Assembly: GCA_015059405.1 (NCBI GenBank)
Contig: SVAL01000005.1
Coordinates: forward strand, 34,016-98,015
DNA from: Bacillota bacterium
Lineage (GTDB): Bacteria; Bacillota_I; Bacilli_A; RF39; UBA660
Length of the DNA stretch: 64,000 bases
Direction: 5' to 3'
A program made the translations under genes and the position numbers. The stretch's first letter is position 1. Every line of letters begins with the position of its first letter. Under the pieces are notes generated by a model. It ran no database searches. It worked only from the letters and a program-made list of their open reading frames with translations, and was not told the DNA's origin. Of this stretch, positions 16,732-26,819 are shown piece by piece.

Positions 16732-19056
16732 ATGGAAGGAGTAAAAGTTATGGAAGACGCATTAAGTAACTTAAAGGTAGTCAAAAGAAATGGTAAAAAA
16801 GTTGATTTTGACAGTATGAAGATTGCAGTAGCAATTAAAAAGGGTTTTGATAACCTAAAAACAGATAGATATGCTTATTTATCTTTAGGGGTAGAATATA
16901 CTGAAAAAGATAGTCAAAAAGTATTTCAAGCTGTAATGAAGAGAATTAATAAAGAATATAAAGACGCTGAAAAGATTAAGATTGAAGAAATTCAAGATTT
17001 AATAGAAGAAGAATTAAAGAAAAAAGGTTATACAGATGTATATGAATCTTTTGCAGATTATCGTGAAAAGAGAAGACAATCTCGTGAAATGTTTGTTGAT
17101 GATAAGAAAATGCATAAGTTCTTAAAGACAATTGAAGGACTTGGATTAAAATCATCAGTAGAAGATAATACAAAAAGAGAAAATGCTAATGTAAATGGTG
17201 ATACAGCAATGGGAACTATGCTTCAATATGGTTCTACAGTATCTAAAGAATTTGCAAAAGCTTATTTAATGAAAAAGAGATATGCAGATAGTCATGATAA
17301 TGGTGATATTCATATCCATGATATGGATTTTATGCCAATGGGTACTACTACATGTATGCAAATAGATTTAGAAAAGTTATTTAAAAATGGTTTTTCAACA
17401 GGACATGGTCATTTAAGAACTCCTAATGATATTATGAGTTATTCAGCTTTAGCTGCGATTGCTATTCAATCAAACCAAAATGATCAACATGGTGGTCAAA
17501 GTATTCCAGCTTTTGATTATTATTTAGCTCCTGGGGTATTAAAGACATTTAAAAAACAATTTAAGCAAACTATTGCTGATTTATTAGATTATTCAGATTT
17601 TAATAAATTTATTAATATGAGTAGTATTGCTAAAGATATAGATAAATTAGATAGTATAGATGTAGATCTTACTATGTTTGATAAATATGCTAAAGAAAGT
17701 GATCAATTAAAGAGATTATTCTCTATGGCTTATGATAAAGCTTTGGCTAAGAGTGATAGAATTACATTCCAAGCTATGGAAGCATTTGTACATAATTTAA
17801 ATACAATGCATTCAAGAGCTGGTGCACAAGTACCATTCTCATCAATTAACTTTGGAACAGATGTTAGTTTAGAAGGTAGAATGGTTACTAAAAACTATTT
17901 ACTTGCAGTAGATAAAGGTTTAGGACATGCTGAAACTCCAATTTTCCCTATATCAATATTTAAGGTAAAAGAAGGGGTTAACTATAATAAAGAAGATCCT
18001 AACTATGATTTATTTAAATTAGCTTGTAAAGTATCTGCGAAGAGATTGTTCCCTAACTTCTCATTTATAGATGCTCCATACAATTTACAATATTATGTAC
18101 CAGGAGACTTTAAGACAGAAGTAGGATACATGGGATGTCGTACAAGGGTACTTGCAAATGCAGTAGATCCTGATAAATCAGTTACTCCAGGTAGAGGTAA
18201 CTTATCATTTACTTCTATTAACTTACCAAGACTTGGTATTAAACATGGTATTGTTAGTGGTAAAGAAGAAGCTGATATGGATAGTTTCTATGCTGAACTT
18301 GATGATCTTCTTGAAATGGTAAAAGATCAATTATTAGAAAGATTTGAAATTCAATGTAGTAAACATATTTATAATTTCCCATTCTTGCTTGGACAAGGTG
18401 TTTGGTTAGATTCAGAAAAATTAAAAGATAATGATAGAATTAGAAGAGTATTAAAACATGGTACTTTAAGTATTGGTTTCATTGGTCTTGCTGAATGTTT
18501 AAAAGCATTAATTGGACAACATCATGGTGAAAGTGATGAAGCTCAAGAATTAGGATTAAAGATTGTTGGTCATATTCGTAAGAGATGTGATGAATTCTCA
18601 GAAAAATATAATCTTAACTTTACTTGTTTAGCAACTCCAGCTGAAGGTTTAAGTGGAAGATTTACTAGTATAGATAAAGCTATATATGGAAAAATTAAAG
18701 GTGTAACAGATAGAAATTATTACACAAATTCATTCCATATACCAGTTCATTATAATATTACAATTAAGAATAAGCTTCATAAAGAAGCACCATATCATGC
18801 ACTTACAAATGCTGGACATATTTCATATATTGAACTTGATGGAGATCCAAGTGAAAACTTAGATGCGTTTGAAAGAGTAGTTAGAATAATGAAAGAAGAA
18901 GGAATTGGTTATGGAGCTGTTAACCATCCTGTAGATAGAGATCCAGTTTGTGGATATGTTGGAGTAATCGGAGACGTTTGTCCTGGATGTGGAAGACGTG
19001 AAGGTGAAAGTGTTAGTTTAGAGAAAATAACTACATTAAATTGTGGTTGTAAATAA
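16732..19056 (+). CDS. nrdD: Anaerobic ribonucleoside-triphosphate reductase (class III). The body has an ATP cone and a Zn-ribbon, and stops right after a degenerate CG motif.
   Basis: N-terminal ATP cone (VVKRNGKKVDFDSMKIAVAIKKGF). Conserved class III core. C-terminal Cys cluster CGY...CPGCG...NCGCK*. Confidence 0.9.
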   Translation: MEGVKVMEDALSNLKVVKRNGKKVDFDSMKIAVAIKKGFDNLKTDRYAYLSLGVEYTEKDSQKVFQAVMKRINKEYKDAEKIKIEEIQDLIEEELKKKGYTDVYESFADYREKRRQSREMFVDDKKMHKFLKTIEGLGLKSSVEDNTKRENANVNGDTAMGTMLQYGSTVSKEFAKAYLMKKRYADSHDNGDIHIHDMDFMPMGTTTCMQIDLEKLFKNGFSTGHGHLRTPNDIMSYSALAAIAIQSNQNDQHGGQSIPAFDYYLAPGVLKTFKKQFKQTIADLLDYSDFNKFINMSSIAKDIDKLDSIDVDLTMFDKYAKESDQLKRLFSMAYDKALAKSDRITFQAMEAFVHNLNTMHSRAGAQVPFSSINFGTDVSLEGRMVTKNYLLAVDKGLGHAETPIFPISIFKVKEGVNYNKEDPNYDLFKLACKVSAKRLFPNFSFIDAPYNLQYYVPGDFKTEVGYMGCRTRVLANAVDPDKSVTPGRGNLSFTSINLPRLGIKHGIVSGKEEADMDSFYAELDDLLEMVKDQLLERFEIQCSKHIYNFPFLLGQGVWLDSEKLKDNDRIRRVLKHGTLSIGFIGLAECLKALIGQHHGESDEAQELGLKIVGHIRKRCDEFSEKYNLNFTCLATPAEGLSGRFTSIDKAIYGKIKGVTDRNYYTNSFHIPVHYNITIKNKLHKEAPYHALTNAGHISYIELDGDPSENLDAFERVVRIMKEEGIGYGAVNHPVDRDPVCGYVGVIGDVCPGCGRREGESVSLEKITTLNCGCK

Positions 19057-19079
19057 AAGAAGAGAGAGGTAAAAGTAGT

Positions 19080-19250
19080 ATGAAAGAAGAAAAAGAAAAA
19101 AATGTAAAAATGGTAGGAGAAGGGGTAGGATTCGAAAGAATCAGAAGAATTACTGGTTATCTAGTAGGTACAGTTGATCGTTTTAATGATGGTAAACGTG
19201 CTGAAGTAGAAGACAGAGTAAAACACGGTGGAAAAGAAGTTTATCTATAA
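19080..19250 (+). CDS. Small ORF encoding the NrdD glycyl-radical tail (RRITGYL ... RVKH), separate from the nrdD body.
   Basis: 57 aa (MKEEKEKNVKMVGEGVGFERIRRITGYLVGTVDRFNDGKRAEVEDRVKHGGKEVYL). It has its own RBS agagaggt. It lies 23 nt after the nrdD stop and in a different frame. Confidence 0.6.
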   Translation: MKEEKEKNVKMVGEGVGFERIRRITGYLVGTVDRFNDGKRAEVEDRVKHGGKEVYL

Positions 19251-19252
19251 TA

Positions 19253-19816
19253 ATGGAAATTAGATTAGCTGCACCATTACAAAGAGATAGTATTGTGGAT
19301 GGTGAGGGAATCAGAGCAGTAATATGGACTCAGGGATGTATCCATAACTGCTTTGGTTGTCATAATCCAGAGACGCATGATGTTAATGGTGGTTTTGTAG
19401 TTGATACAAAGGAGTTGAAAAAAGAGATAAAATCTTTAAATGAAGAGACTGGTGTAACATTTAGTGGTGGTGATCCTTTTTGTCAAATCGATGCTTGTCT
19501 AGAACTTGCAAAGTTTTGTCATGAATGTGGATTAAATGTTTGGTGTTATACAGGTTATACTTTTGAAAAATTAATGATTCTTGCTGAAACACAAAAAAAT
19601 ATTTTAGAGTTTTTAAATGAAATAGATGTACTAATAGATGGACCATTTATTTTATCTAAGAAGAGTTTTGATGTAATGTTTCGTGGGTCTAAAAATCAAA
19701 GGGTTATTGATGTTAAAAAAAGTTTAAAGAAAAAATCTGTGGTTGAAATTAAAAAGTATCAATATAAGGAAAATAAAACCCCCGACAAAGAAAAAAAAGA
19801 AGAAATATATATTTGA
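19253..19816 (+). CDS. nrdG: Anaerobic ribonucleotide reductase activating protein (radical SAM).
   Basis: WTQGCIHNCFGCHNPETHD, the NrdG-type CxxxCxxC radical-SAM motif. Confidence 0.85.
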   Translation: MEIRLAAPLQRDSIVDGEGIRAVIWTQGCIHNCFGCHNPETHDVNGGFVVDTKELKKEIKSLNEETGVTFSGGDPFCQIDACLELAKFCHECGLNVWCYTGYTFEKLMILAETQKNILEFLNEIDVLIDGPFILSKKSFDVMFRGSKNQRVIDVKKSLKKKSVVEIKKYQYKENKTPDKEKKEEIYI

Positions 19817-19831
19817 TATATTTCTTTTTTA
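19799..19831 (+). terminator. Rho-independent terminator of nrdDG.
   Basis: agaaatatat-atttg-atatatttct followed by a T-run. Confidence 0.6.
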
Positions 19832-19946
19832 TTATAATAATTGCTTATAATTTATATAATTAATAAATATTATATTAATTAATATTTTTGGATTATAATT
19901 AATATGTAATAATTAAACATGTTATAATACATATGAGTTGGTGGAT

Positions 19947-20144
19947 ATGGATAGAAAAGAGATAATAAAAAATAGTATAAAAAAAGAAATAAAAGACAAC
20001 GTTATTTCTAAGAAAGATGCTTCTTATATAAAAAGAAAAGCTAAATATAATGATGAAGGGCAAGAAGCAATAGCGGATTTTACATATGATATGATGTTTG
20101 GAAAAGAAAGTTATAAAGATATGTATAAAGATTATAGGGATTAG
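19947..20144 (+). CDS. Small hypothetical Lys-rich protein.
   Basis: ORF directly upstream of the PHP gene. Its coding status versus the antisense ORF 19899-20180 is uncertain. Confidence 0.35.
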   Translation: MDRKEIIKNSIKKEIKDNVISKKDASYIKRKAKYNDEGQEAIADFTYDMMFGKESYKDMYKDYRD

Positions 20145-20152
20145 GTGATTAT

Positions 20153-20974
20153 ATGAAGGCAGATTTACATAGTCATACAATTTATTCTGATGGTATTTAT
20201 TCTGTATATGATTTAGTAGTAATGGCTAAAGAGAAAGAAATGGATATTATTGGGATAACGGATCATGATAATTTAGATAGTTATAATGCTTATTTAGAAG
20301 TTAAAGATAAGTTACCTATTAAGGTATTAATAGGAGTAGAATTATCAACTTGGTATATGGGTGAAAATGTTCATATACTTGGATATTTTTATAATAATTG
20401 TAATCCTGGTAGTGAATTAATTACATTTTTAAAAGATATGAAAAATAAAAGAATTATTCGTGCAAAGAAAATGATTGCTAATTTAAAAGAATGTTTTGAT
20501 ATTGAAGTTGATTATGATGATATTTCTTCTAAATATAAGGAAATTATTGCAAGACCACACATAGCTAGAGAAATATCAGAAAAATACAATATGCCTTTGA
20601 ATGAAGTTTTTAATAAGTATTTATCTAATAAATCTCCGGCGTTTGTTGCAACTTCTAATACGAGTGTTAAAGAGGCTATTGATTTACTTCATCGTAATAA
20701 TGCAATTGCTGTATGGGCACATCCAGTGCATAATAAAGGTAAATTTAATGATTTAGATATTATTAATATGGGAATAGATGGGTTAGAAGCTAATTATCCA
20801 GATAATACTAAAGAAGATACAATTTATTATAAAGATTTATGTAAGAAGTATAATCTTTTATGTACTGGTGGTAGTGATTTTCATGATCATATTTCACATA
20901 GTGAAGTAGGTACATCTTTTATTGAAGATGAAGATATAGATAAATTATTAAATAAATTAAATATAGAAAAATAA
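20153..20974 (+). CDS. PHP-domain metal-dependent phosphoesterase.
   Basis: N-terminal ADLHSHTIYSDG...GITDHD metal-binding motif, typical of the PHP/TrpH/YcdX family. Confidence 0.75.
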   Translation: MKADLHSHTIYSDGIYSVYDLVVMAKEKEMDIIGITDHDNLDSYNAYLEVKDKLPIKVLIGVELSTWYMGENVHILGYFYNNCNPGSELITFLKDMKNKRIIRAKKMIANLKECFDIEVDYDDISSKYKEIIARPHIAREISEKYNMPLNEVFNKYLSNKSPAFVATSNTSVKEAIDLLHRNNAIAVWAHPVHNKGKFNDLDIINMGIDGLEANYPDNTKEDTIYYKDLCKKYNLLCTGGSDFHDHISHSEVGTSFIEDEDIDKLLNKLNIEK

Positions 20975-20994
20975 AAAAGTCTTTTAAGACTTTT

Positions 20995-22026
20995 TTATTT
21001 ACTATTATTAAGAATAGAAACTATTTCAAATAATTTAGATAAATCACTATAAATATTATATATACTATCCATTTCTTTATTTTTATTTCTTTTATTAGAT
21101 AAATATTTATTTAATATATTTTCAAAAGTAAAATTTTCAATAAAAACACTATATCTACCATCATTTTTAAATATTATATATTTTTTATTATCTAAAATAT
21201 TTTCTAGTTCATTAATACTTTCCATCATAGTTAAAGTTAAAACCATTCTAGCTTTTATTTCATCATTACTATATACTGAATATCTTTTAGAAAAATCTAA
21301 ATTTTCTAGTTTTAGTTCTATTGGACAAAAGTTATAGTAGTTGTTTATTTTTTTATTAATAATATTATTTATATTTTTGGGTACTATTTGAATTAGACTA
21401 TCATTTTTTCTATTCATATTAGAACCAATATAACAACCTACAAATATATCTTTTTTCTTTTTGGTTTTGTATGTTCTTTTAAATCTTCTAGATCCAATAT
21501 AAAAATATTCTTCTTTTGTTACGTCTACGTAAGTATAAATATTCATATCTCCTAATACGATAGGAATAGAGTCTAGTGATGTTTGAATATAATTTGATCC
21601 TGTATAATGAACATTGTTTAAATTAAATAGATTAGTTCTTTCAAAAGATGTTTGACTGATTCTGTTGTTTGGCATAATTTCTGAATCTTGTTCATTTGTA
21701 ATTAGAGTAATCATATCGTCTAGTATTTTATATTTAATTTGATTTAGTATTTCATTACGATCATCTTTATGAGAACTTTTTATAAATAGTATTACTGATA
21801 TATTATATATGATAGTTATTATTATAAATGCGATTAGGTATTCTTTATTAAAAAATATAATCCAAAATAAGATAGTTGGTATTATTGAAAATAATACACA
21901 AGTAAAAGTTAAAGATTTCTTGCTTTTTTTATGAATATTATCTATTTCTAAATAATATTCATCTAATATTTCTTTATATAAATCATTATAGAAATTTTTA
22001 AATAAATCTTTATTATTCATTTTCAT
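20995..22026 (-). CDS. Membrane protein, probably a DUF3137-type partner of LemA.
   Basis: 343 aa with an N-terminal TM hairpin. It is translationally coupled downstream of lemA with a 14-nt overlap. The DUF3137 assignment rests on architecture and synteny. Confidence 0.45.
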   Translation of the reverse strand: MKMNNKDLFKNFYNDLYKEILDEYYLEIDNIHKKSKKSLTFTCVLFSIIPTILFWIIFFNKEYLIAFIIITIIYNISVILFIKSSHKDDRNEILNQIKYKILDDMITLITNEQDSEIMPNNRISQTSFERTNLFNLNNVHYTGSNYIQTSLDSIPIVLGDMNIYTYVDVTKEEYFYIGSRRFKRTYKTKKKKDIFVGCYIGSNMNRKNDSLIQIVPKNINNIINKKINNYYNFCPIELKLENLDFSKRYSVYSNDEIKARMVLTLTMMESINELENILDNKKYIIFKNDGRYSVFIENFTFENILNKYLSNKRNKNKEMDSIYNIYSDLSKLFEIVSILNNSK

Positions 22027-22567
22027 TCATCCAATTTTTTAATTTTTTTTCTTCTTCTTTAGCTTCAAATAATGGATATTTTTTATAACCTAAAATGAAT
22101 GTTATTATATTAATTGGAATTATTTTGATAAAAATATTATAGTCAGTAACATGTGCATTATATGTTCTTCTAGCGGCAGATATTTGATCTTCAATATCAT
22201 TTAGAATAGTTTGTAGTTGAATAAAGTGAATATTACTTTTTAATTCGGGATAATTTTCTGATAACATAAAGATACTATTTAATTCATTATTAATCATATT
22301 ATTAATATTAAACTTTTCTTCATTAGTTTGTGAGTTTATTCCTTTTTCTCTTAGTTCAGTAATATTTTTAAAAGTTTCTTGTTCATGTTTAATATATGCT
22401 TTAATTGTTTTAACTAAATTAGGGATTAAATCATATCTTTTCTTTAGCATTATATCCATACTACTATAAGCATTTTCAATATTATTTCTTTTAATTGTTG
22501 CTTTATTAACTATTACAAATATTATTATTATAAAAACTATTATTAAACTAAACCATAAATATATCAT
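22013..22567 (-). CDS. lemA: LemA family membrane protein.
   Basis: N-terminal TM helix. Motifs RYDLIPNLV and RRTYNAHVTDYNIFIKIIPINI match LemA (PF04011). Confidence 0.75.
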   Translation of the reverse strand: MIYLWFSLIIVFIIIIFVIVNKATIKRNNIENAYSSMDIMLKKRYDLIPNLVKTIKAYIKHEQETFKNITELREKGINSQTNEEKFNINNMINNELNSIFMLSENYPELKSNIHFIQLQTILNDIEDQISAARRTYNAHVTDYNIFIKIIPINIITFILGYKKYPLFEAKEEEKKLKNWMNENE

Positions 22568-22707
22568 ATATAAATCACCAATATTATTATATCATTAGTA
22601 CTAATATTAGTAAATTAAGATATTTATATAAAAGTTTATTTTATATTTGGGGTATTTTGTTGAAAAAAGAGTCTTATTATATTATAATTTTTGTAGGGTG
22701 AAAGAGT

Positions 22708-23424
22708 ATGAAGAAGAATTATAAATTTATTATATTAATTATATCGGCTTTAGTACTTATAGGATTTGTTGCTTTTACTTTTGATGATGTAAAAGAAGAA
22801 TTTGTAAAAATGACTGAAACTGATGGTGAAAGATTTAAAAGGGAATATGAAGCAATAAATGGTAAAGAAGCATATGGTATGAAATATCCTTCTTTAGAAA
22901 TAGATAAAGAAAATCCAATCAAATATAGTAATGCTGAAGAAATAGAAAGTATTTTAAGTGGACGTAGTGGAATTATTTATTTAGGATATCCTAATTGTCC
23001 ATGGTGTCGTACTGCTGTTCCTGTTTTGTTACATGCAGCAAGTGATGCAGGTGTTGATAAAATTTATTATATTGATATGGGTGAAGAAAGATCTAGTTAT
23101 AAAGTAGAAGAAGGTAAATTAGTTTTAGAGAAAAAAGGAACTGATCAATATTATAAATTGCTTGAATTATTTCATGATTATTTAGAAGAATATTTTGTTC
23201 AAGATGAAGAAGGATATGATTATTTTACAGGGGAAAGAAGAATTTATGTACCAATAGTATTCTTTGTAAAAGAGGGGGAAATAATTGGATTACATTTAGA
23301 TACTGTTGAATCTCAAAAGAATCCTTTCCAAGCTTTAAATGAAGAACAATATGAAGAATTATATGGAATATATACTGATTATATTCATGATATGTTAGGG
23401 GATTTATGTGATGAAAGATGCTAA
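22708..23424 (+). CDS. Membrane-anchored thioredoxin-fold protein with an unusual CPWC active site.
   Basis: N-terminal TM helix. GYPNCPWCRTAVPVLL thioredoxin-like motif. A hairpin terminator at 23415-23437 overlaps the stop codon. Confidence 0.55.
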   Translation: MKKNYKFIILIISALVLIGFVAFTFDDVKEEFVKMTETDGERFKREYEAINGKEAYGMKYPSLEIDKENPIKYSNAEEIESILSGRSGIIYLGYPNCPWCRTAVPVLLHAASDAGVDKIYYIDMGEERSSYKVEEGKLVLEKKGTDQYYKLLELFHDYLEEYFVQDEEGYDYFTGERRIYVPIVFFVKEGEIIGLHLDTVESQKNPFQALNEEQYEELYGIYTDYIHDMLGDLCDERC

Positions 23425-23517
23425 GGCATCTTTTTTATATGATAAAGTTGTCTTTATTTTATTGATTAAGATATTCGTTAATGTTAAAATAGATTTATAT
23501 AGTAGAGGAGTGAATTT

Positions 23518-24492
23518 ATGAAGAATAAAAAAGGTTTTACACTTATTGAATTACTTGCGGTAATAGTAATACTAGGACTATTAATGGCAATAGCAATACC
23601 AAGTGTAACAAAGTATATTACACAATCAAGAAAGAAAACAGTAGTATCAACTATTGGTAATTACATATCAGCTGCAGTAAACGAAGTAAATGATTTAACA
23701 TACACATTTACTGGAAATAATACAGTTTATGCAGTGCCAATTGAATGTATTGCTCTAGAAAGAGGTGGGACAAATCCGTTTGGACACTGGTTACATGCAA
23801 ATGATGCATACTGGGCATATGTGCTTGTACAATATGACGATGAAACATCATCATATACATATGGATATACATTCAAAGATAGTGCAGGATATGGACTATA
23901 TCCGACTTCTCAAGCAAAATTAAATGAACAAGGAAAACAAATACAAACAGGTCTTTCTTTAACAAGACCAGCAAATGGAAAAGTTACAACAATAACATCA
24001 ACAACTAACTGGAGTGGATTTAGTGTAGATTCATCAACTGATTTAGTAGTACTTGCGGCAATGAAAGAAGGAGAAGTTGGAAATGGTAAAACTACATGTA
24101 CACTTCTACAAAAAGATGATAATTATGCTTCTATAGAACAAGATAGAATTAATGATCCAAACTATGGCGGAAACATAGGTGGAGGAAGTAATAATAATAA
24201 CGATGGTTCTAGTGGTAGTGATGATGATAATGTAGTTGTTACACCATTATTAACATTTAAAATTGATGGAAAAAGTTATAGTTATGAAGATGGCATGACT
24301 TTAACACAATGGATAAATAGTAGTTATAATACTGATAATTTTATTGTAGAAGATGACACTGTTTATACTTCTGACAAATCAAAAAAAATATCAGGTAAAA
24401 ATGGTTCTAGTAAGATTGAAAAAGATGGTAGTTATACTTTAACTAATGTATATACTGGTGGTGGCGTTTCTCATGTTGGTGGAAGTAACTAA
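23518..24492 (+). CDS. Modular type IV pilin, paralog 2. Conserved pilin domain, a Gly/Asn/Ser-rich linker and a short beta-rich C-terminal domain.
   Basis: Same prepilin motif. About 85% identical to the 8196 gene over roughly 205 aa. It diverges after GDNY (GGNIGGGSNNNNDGSSGSDDDN...). Confidence 0.8.
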   Translation: MKNKKGFTLIELLAVIVILGLLMAIAIPSVTKYITQSRKKTVVSTIGNYISAAVNEVNDLTYTFTGNNTVYAVPIECIALERGGTNPFGHWLHANDAYWAYVLVQYDDETSSYTYGYTFKDSAGYGLYPTSQAKLNEQGKQIQTGLSLTRPANGKVTTITSTTNWSGFSVDSSTDLVVLAAMKEGEVGNGKTTCTLLQKDDNYASIEQDRINDPNYGGNIGGGSNNNNDGSSGSDDDNVVVTPLLTFKIDGKSYSYEDGMTLTQWINSSYNTDNFIVEDDTVYTSDKSKKISGKNGSSKIEKDGSYTLTNVYTGGGVSHVGGSN

Positions 24493-24552
24493 AATTAATT
24501 TATAAAACGAAATGGTTAGAGATAACCATTTTTATTTAATATAGGTGATAAT

Positions 24553-25461
24553 ATGTTTAAATTATTTAAAAAGAATAAACCTAAAGTATCTTTAGTAATA
24601 ATTATTTATAATAAAGAAGATTATATAGAAGAATGTTTGGATTCTATAGTTTCTCAAAAAATAGAGAAAGAAATTATTTGTGTTGATGATTGCTCGACTG
24701 ATAGAACTAATGAGATTTTAAAAAGTTATACCAAAAAGTATCCGGAAATAAAAATAGTTAGAAATTATGAAAACTGTGGTACTATTCTTTCTAGATATAA
24801 TGGTTTGAAGAAATGTACTGGTGAATATGCTTATTTAGTTGATGGTGATGATAAATTAATGCCTGATACTTTAGCTACTTTGTATGATATTGCAGTTGAA
24901 AGAAAATGTGATATTTTAGAGTTTTCTATGATTGCATCTTCTAAAAAATCTTTTGAACTGAGAAAATTTGGTGATTATCATGGTAATTTACTCGAGTATT
25001 TTGCTGATAAAAAAATTAAAAATACTTTAGCTAATAAATTAATATCTAAAAAGGTTTATAAAAAGACAATTCCATTATTAAATCCAGATGTAAAGCATGA
25101 TAATTTTTCTGAAGCTATATTTTATTCTTATCATTTTCTTAGTAATGCTTCTAGTTTATCGCAAGTCGATATAAAAGGATATTATTATTATGATGATAGA
25201 GGGATGACTACTAATTCTAATAACATTGAGAGATTAAACCATTTTTGTAATTTTTATATTACTTATAATGAATTATGTTGTGTTTATGGTGAATCTAAAG
25301 AATTATTTTATTGGAAAAATATAGTTTGTAATCAAGCAATTGATGTATTTTTAAAATTAAATAAAAAAGATCAAGATAAGTATAGATTTGAACTTAAGAA
25401 GTTGATGACTGAAGAGGAAATAGATTTTTTAATAAATGAAAAGTTAAATGTAGAGGAGTAA
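24553..25461 (+). CDS. Family 2 glycosyltransferase.
   Basis: VSLVIIIYNKEDYIEECLDSIVSQ...ICVDDCSTD...DGDD motifs of GT2. Confidence 0.8.
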   Translation: MFKLFKKNKPKVSLVIIIYNKEDYIEECLDSIVSQKIEKEIICVDDCSTDRTNEILKSYTKKYPEIKIVRNYENCGTILSRYNGLKKCTGEYAYLVDGDDKLMPDTLATLYDIAVERKCDILEFSMIASSKKSFELRKFGDYHGNLLEYFADKKIKNTLANKLISKKVYKKTIPLLNPDVKHDNFSEAIFYSYHFLSNASSLSQVDIKGYYYYDDRGMTTNSNNIERLNHFCNFYITYNELCCVYGESKELFYWKNIVCNQAIDVFLKLNKKDQDKYRFELKKLMTEEEIDFLINEKLNVEE

Positions 25462-25525
25462 TCCTCTTTTTCTTTACTTTTTTTGTTTTTTATGGTATAA
25501 TCTAGTCGTTTTATGGGGGTATTAT

Positions 25526-26737
25526 ATGGAGATTAGTGATAGAGAGTTTGAGCGTATTAAAATATCAGTTAGTTTATCTAATTTTATTTATGATTATACC
25601 AATTTACATTTAGAAGATAATTCTAAAAGAAAGTTTTTTACAAGTGCACTTGAAGCAAATAATGGTTTAAAAACTCTTTTAAAAGATATGTATGATAATG
25701 AAGATAATAGATTTATTGATAAATATAAAGAGTGTTTTTCTAGTACTTTTGGATTTCATAGAAGAAAGATTTTGCCAGATAAATATATTAATACTTTTAA
25801 TATTTTATATATGTTTTTAGAAGTTTATCGTTATCATAAAGATGATTTTGATACTTTTAATATAATTATTAATGATATTTTATCTAATTCATATTCTAAA
25901 GATTTTTTATTTAATAGTAATAGACTTGATTTAATAGAAAAAATTATTAGTAATAAAAATTATAAAGATTTACCAGAATTAAGAGATTTATTTAAATATA
26001 TATTAACTTGTAGTGATGATGAGGTAAATGATTCTTATTTATATTATCAAAGTATGTTTATACTTTTAGATAGAGATATGGATGGTAAACTTACTTCTTC
26101 AATTATTAAATATTCTATGGATAACTTTGATAAAGAAGAAAGAAGTGTAGTAGTAGATTTATTTAATAGTGATATTCTAAGTACTTATGATAGATTTTGG
26201 TATGTAAATAATAAATTAAAAGAAGTTGAAGATAATGTTTTAATTCGTAAAGAGATATTTTCTAAAATAAAAACATTTAATATATATATGTTTGATGAGT
26301 TAAGTAAAGATGAAGATTATTTTATTAAAGCAATAAATATTATTTTAGATAGTGATAGTTATACTGAATTAACAAGTAAATTAGATATAGTAAAAGTTTC
26401 TAGTGATTTGTATACATCAGGTAAATATAGTGAAGGATTAAATATGTTAAGATTACTTGATAGTTATTATCATAAAGAGATAGTTAATGGTAGAGTAATT
26501 AGTTGTTCTTTAGAAAAACCTAAGACAATTGTTTCTAGAATGGCATCTTTATATAGTAGTATTGATTCATCAAAATCAAAAGAATTTATTTTGGATGTTC
26601 ATAAAAATGCTACTAGTATTAGTTCTATCCATGTAGGAATAGGTAATATAAGTAGTGATGATGTTTTAGAATGTGAGTGTGAAAAACCAAAGGTAAAAAG
26701 TTTCTTAGAAAGATTAATATTTAGAAGAGATAATTAA
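25526..26737 (+). CDS. Hypothetical protein.
   Basis: 403-aa ORF. No recognisable domain. Confidence 0.5.
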   Translation: MEISDREFERIKISVSLSNFIYDYTNLHLEDNSKRKFFTSALEANNGLKTLLKDMYDNEDNRFIDKYKECFSSTFGFHRRKILPDKYINTFNILYMFLEVYRYHKDDFDTFNIIINDILSNSYSKDFLFNSNRLDLIEKIISNKNYKDLPELRDLFKYILTCSDDEVNDSYLYYQSMFILLDRDMDGKLTSSIIKYSMDNFDKEERSVVVDLFNSDILSTYDRFWYVNNKLKEVEDNVLIRKEIFSKIKTFNIYMFDELSKDEDYFIKAINIILDSDSYTELTSKLDIVKVSSDLYTSGKYSEGLNMLRLLDSYYHKEIVNGRVISCSLEKPKTIVSRMASLYSSIDSSKSKEFILDVHKNATSISSIHVGIGNISSDDVLECECEKPKVKSFLERLIFRRDN

Positions 26738-26819
26738 TTAACAATTATCTTTTTTGTTGTTTGACATAATCATATTAAATTGATATATTTAGTTAGAATA
26801 GGATGTTTAGGAGGAGTAT

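Noticed and set aside
19899-20180. A 93-aa minus-strand ORF (Ile/Phe-rich) overlapping the small plus-strand ORF and the start of the PHP gene.
   Set aside because: It has low-complexity hydrophobic composition typical of antisense AT-rich frames, has no RBS, and overlaps the better-supported plus-strand PHP gene.
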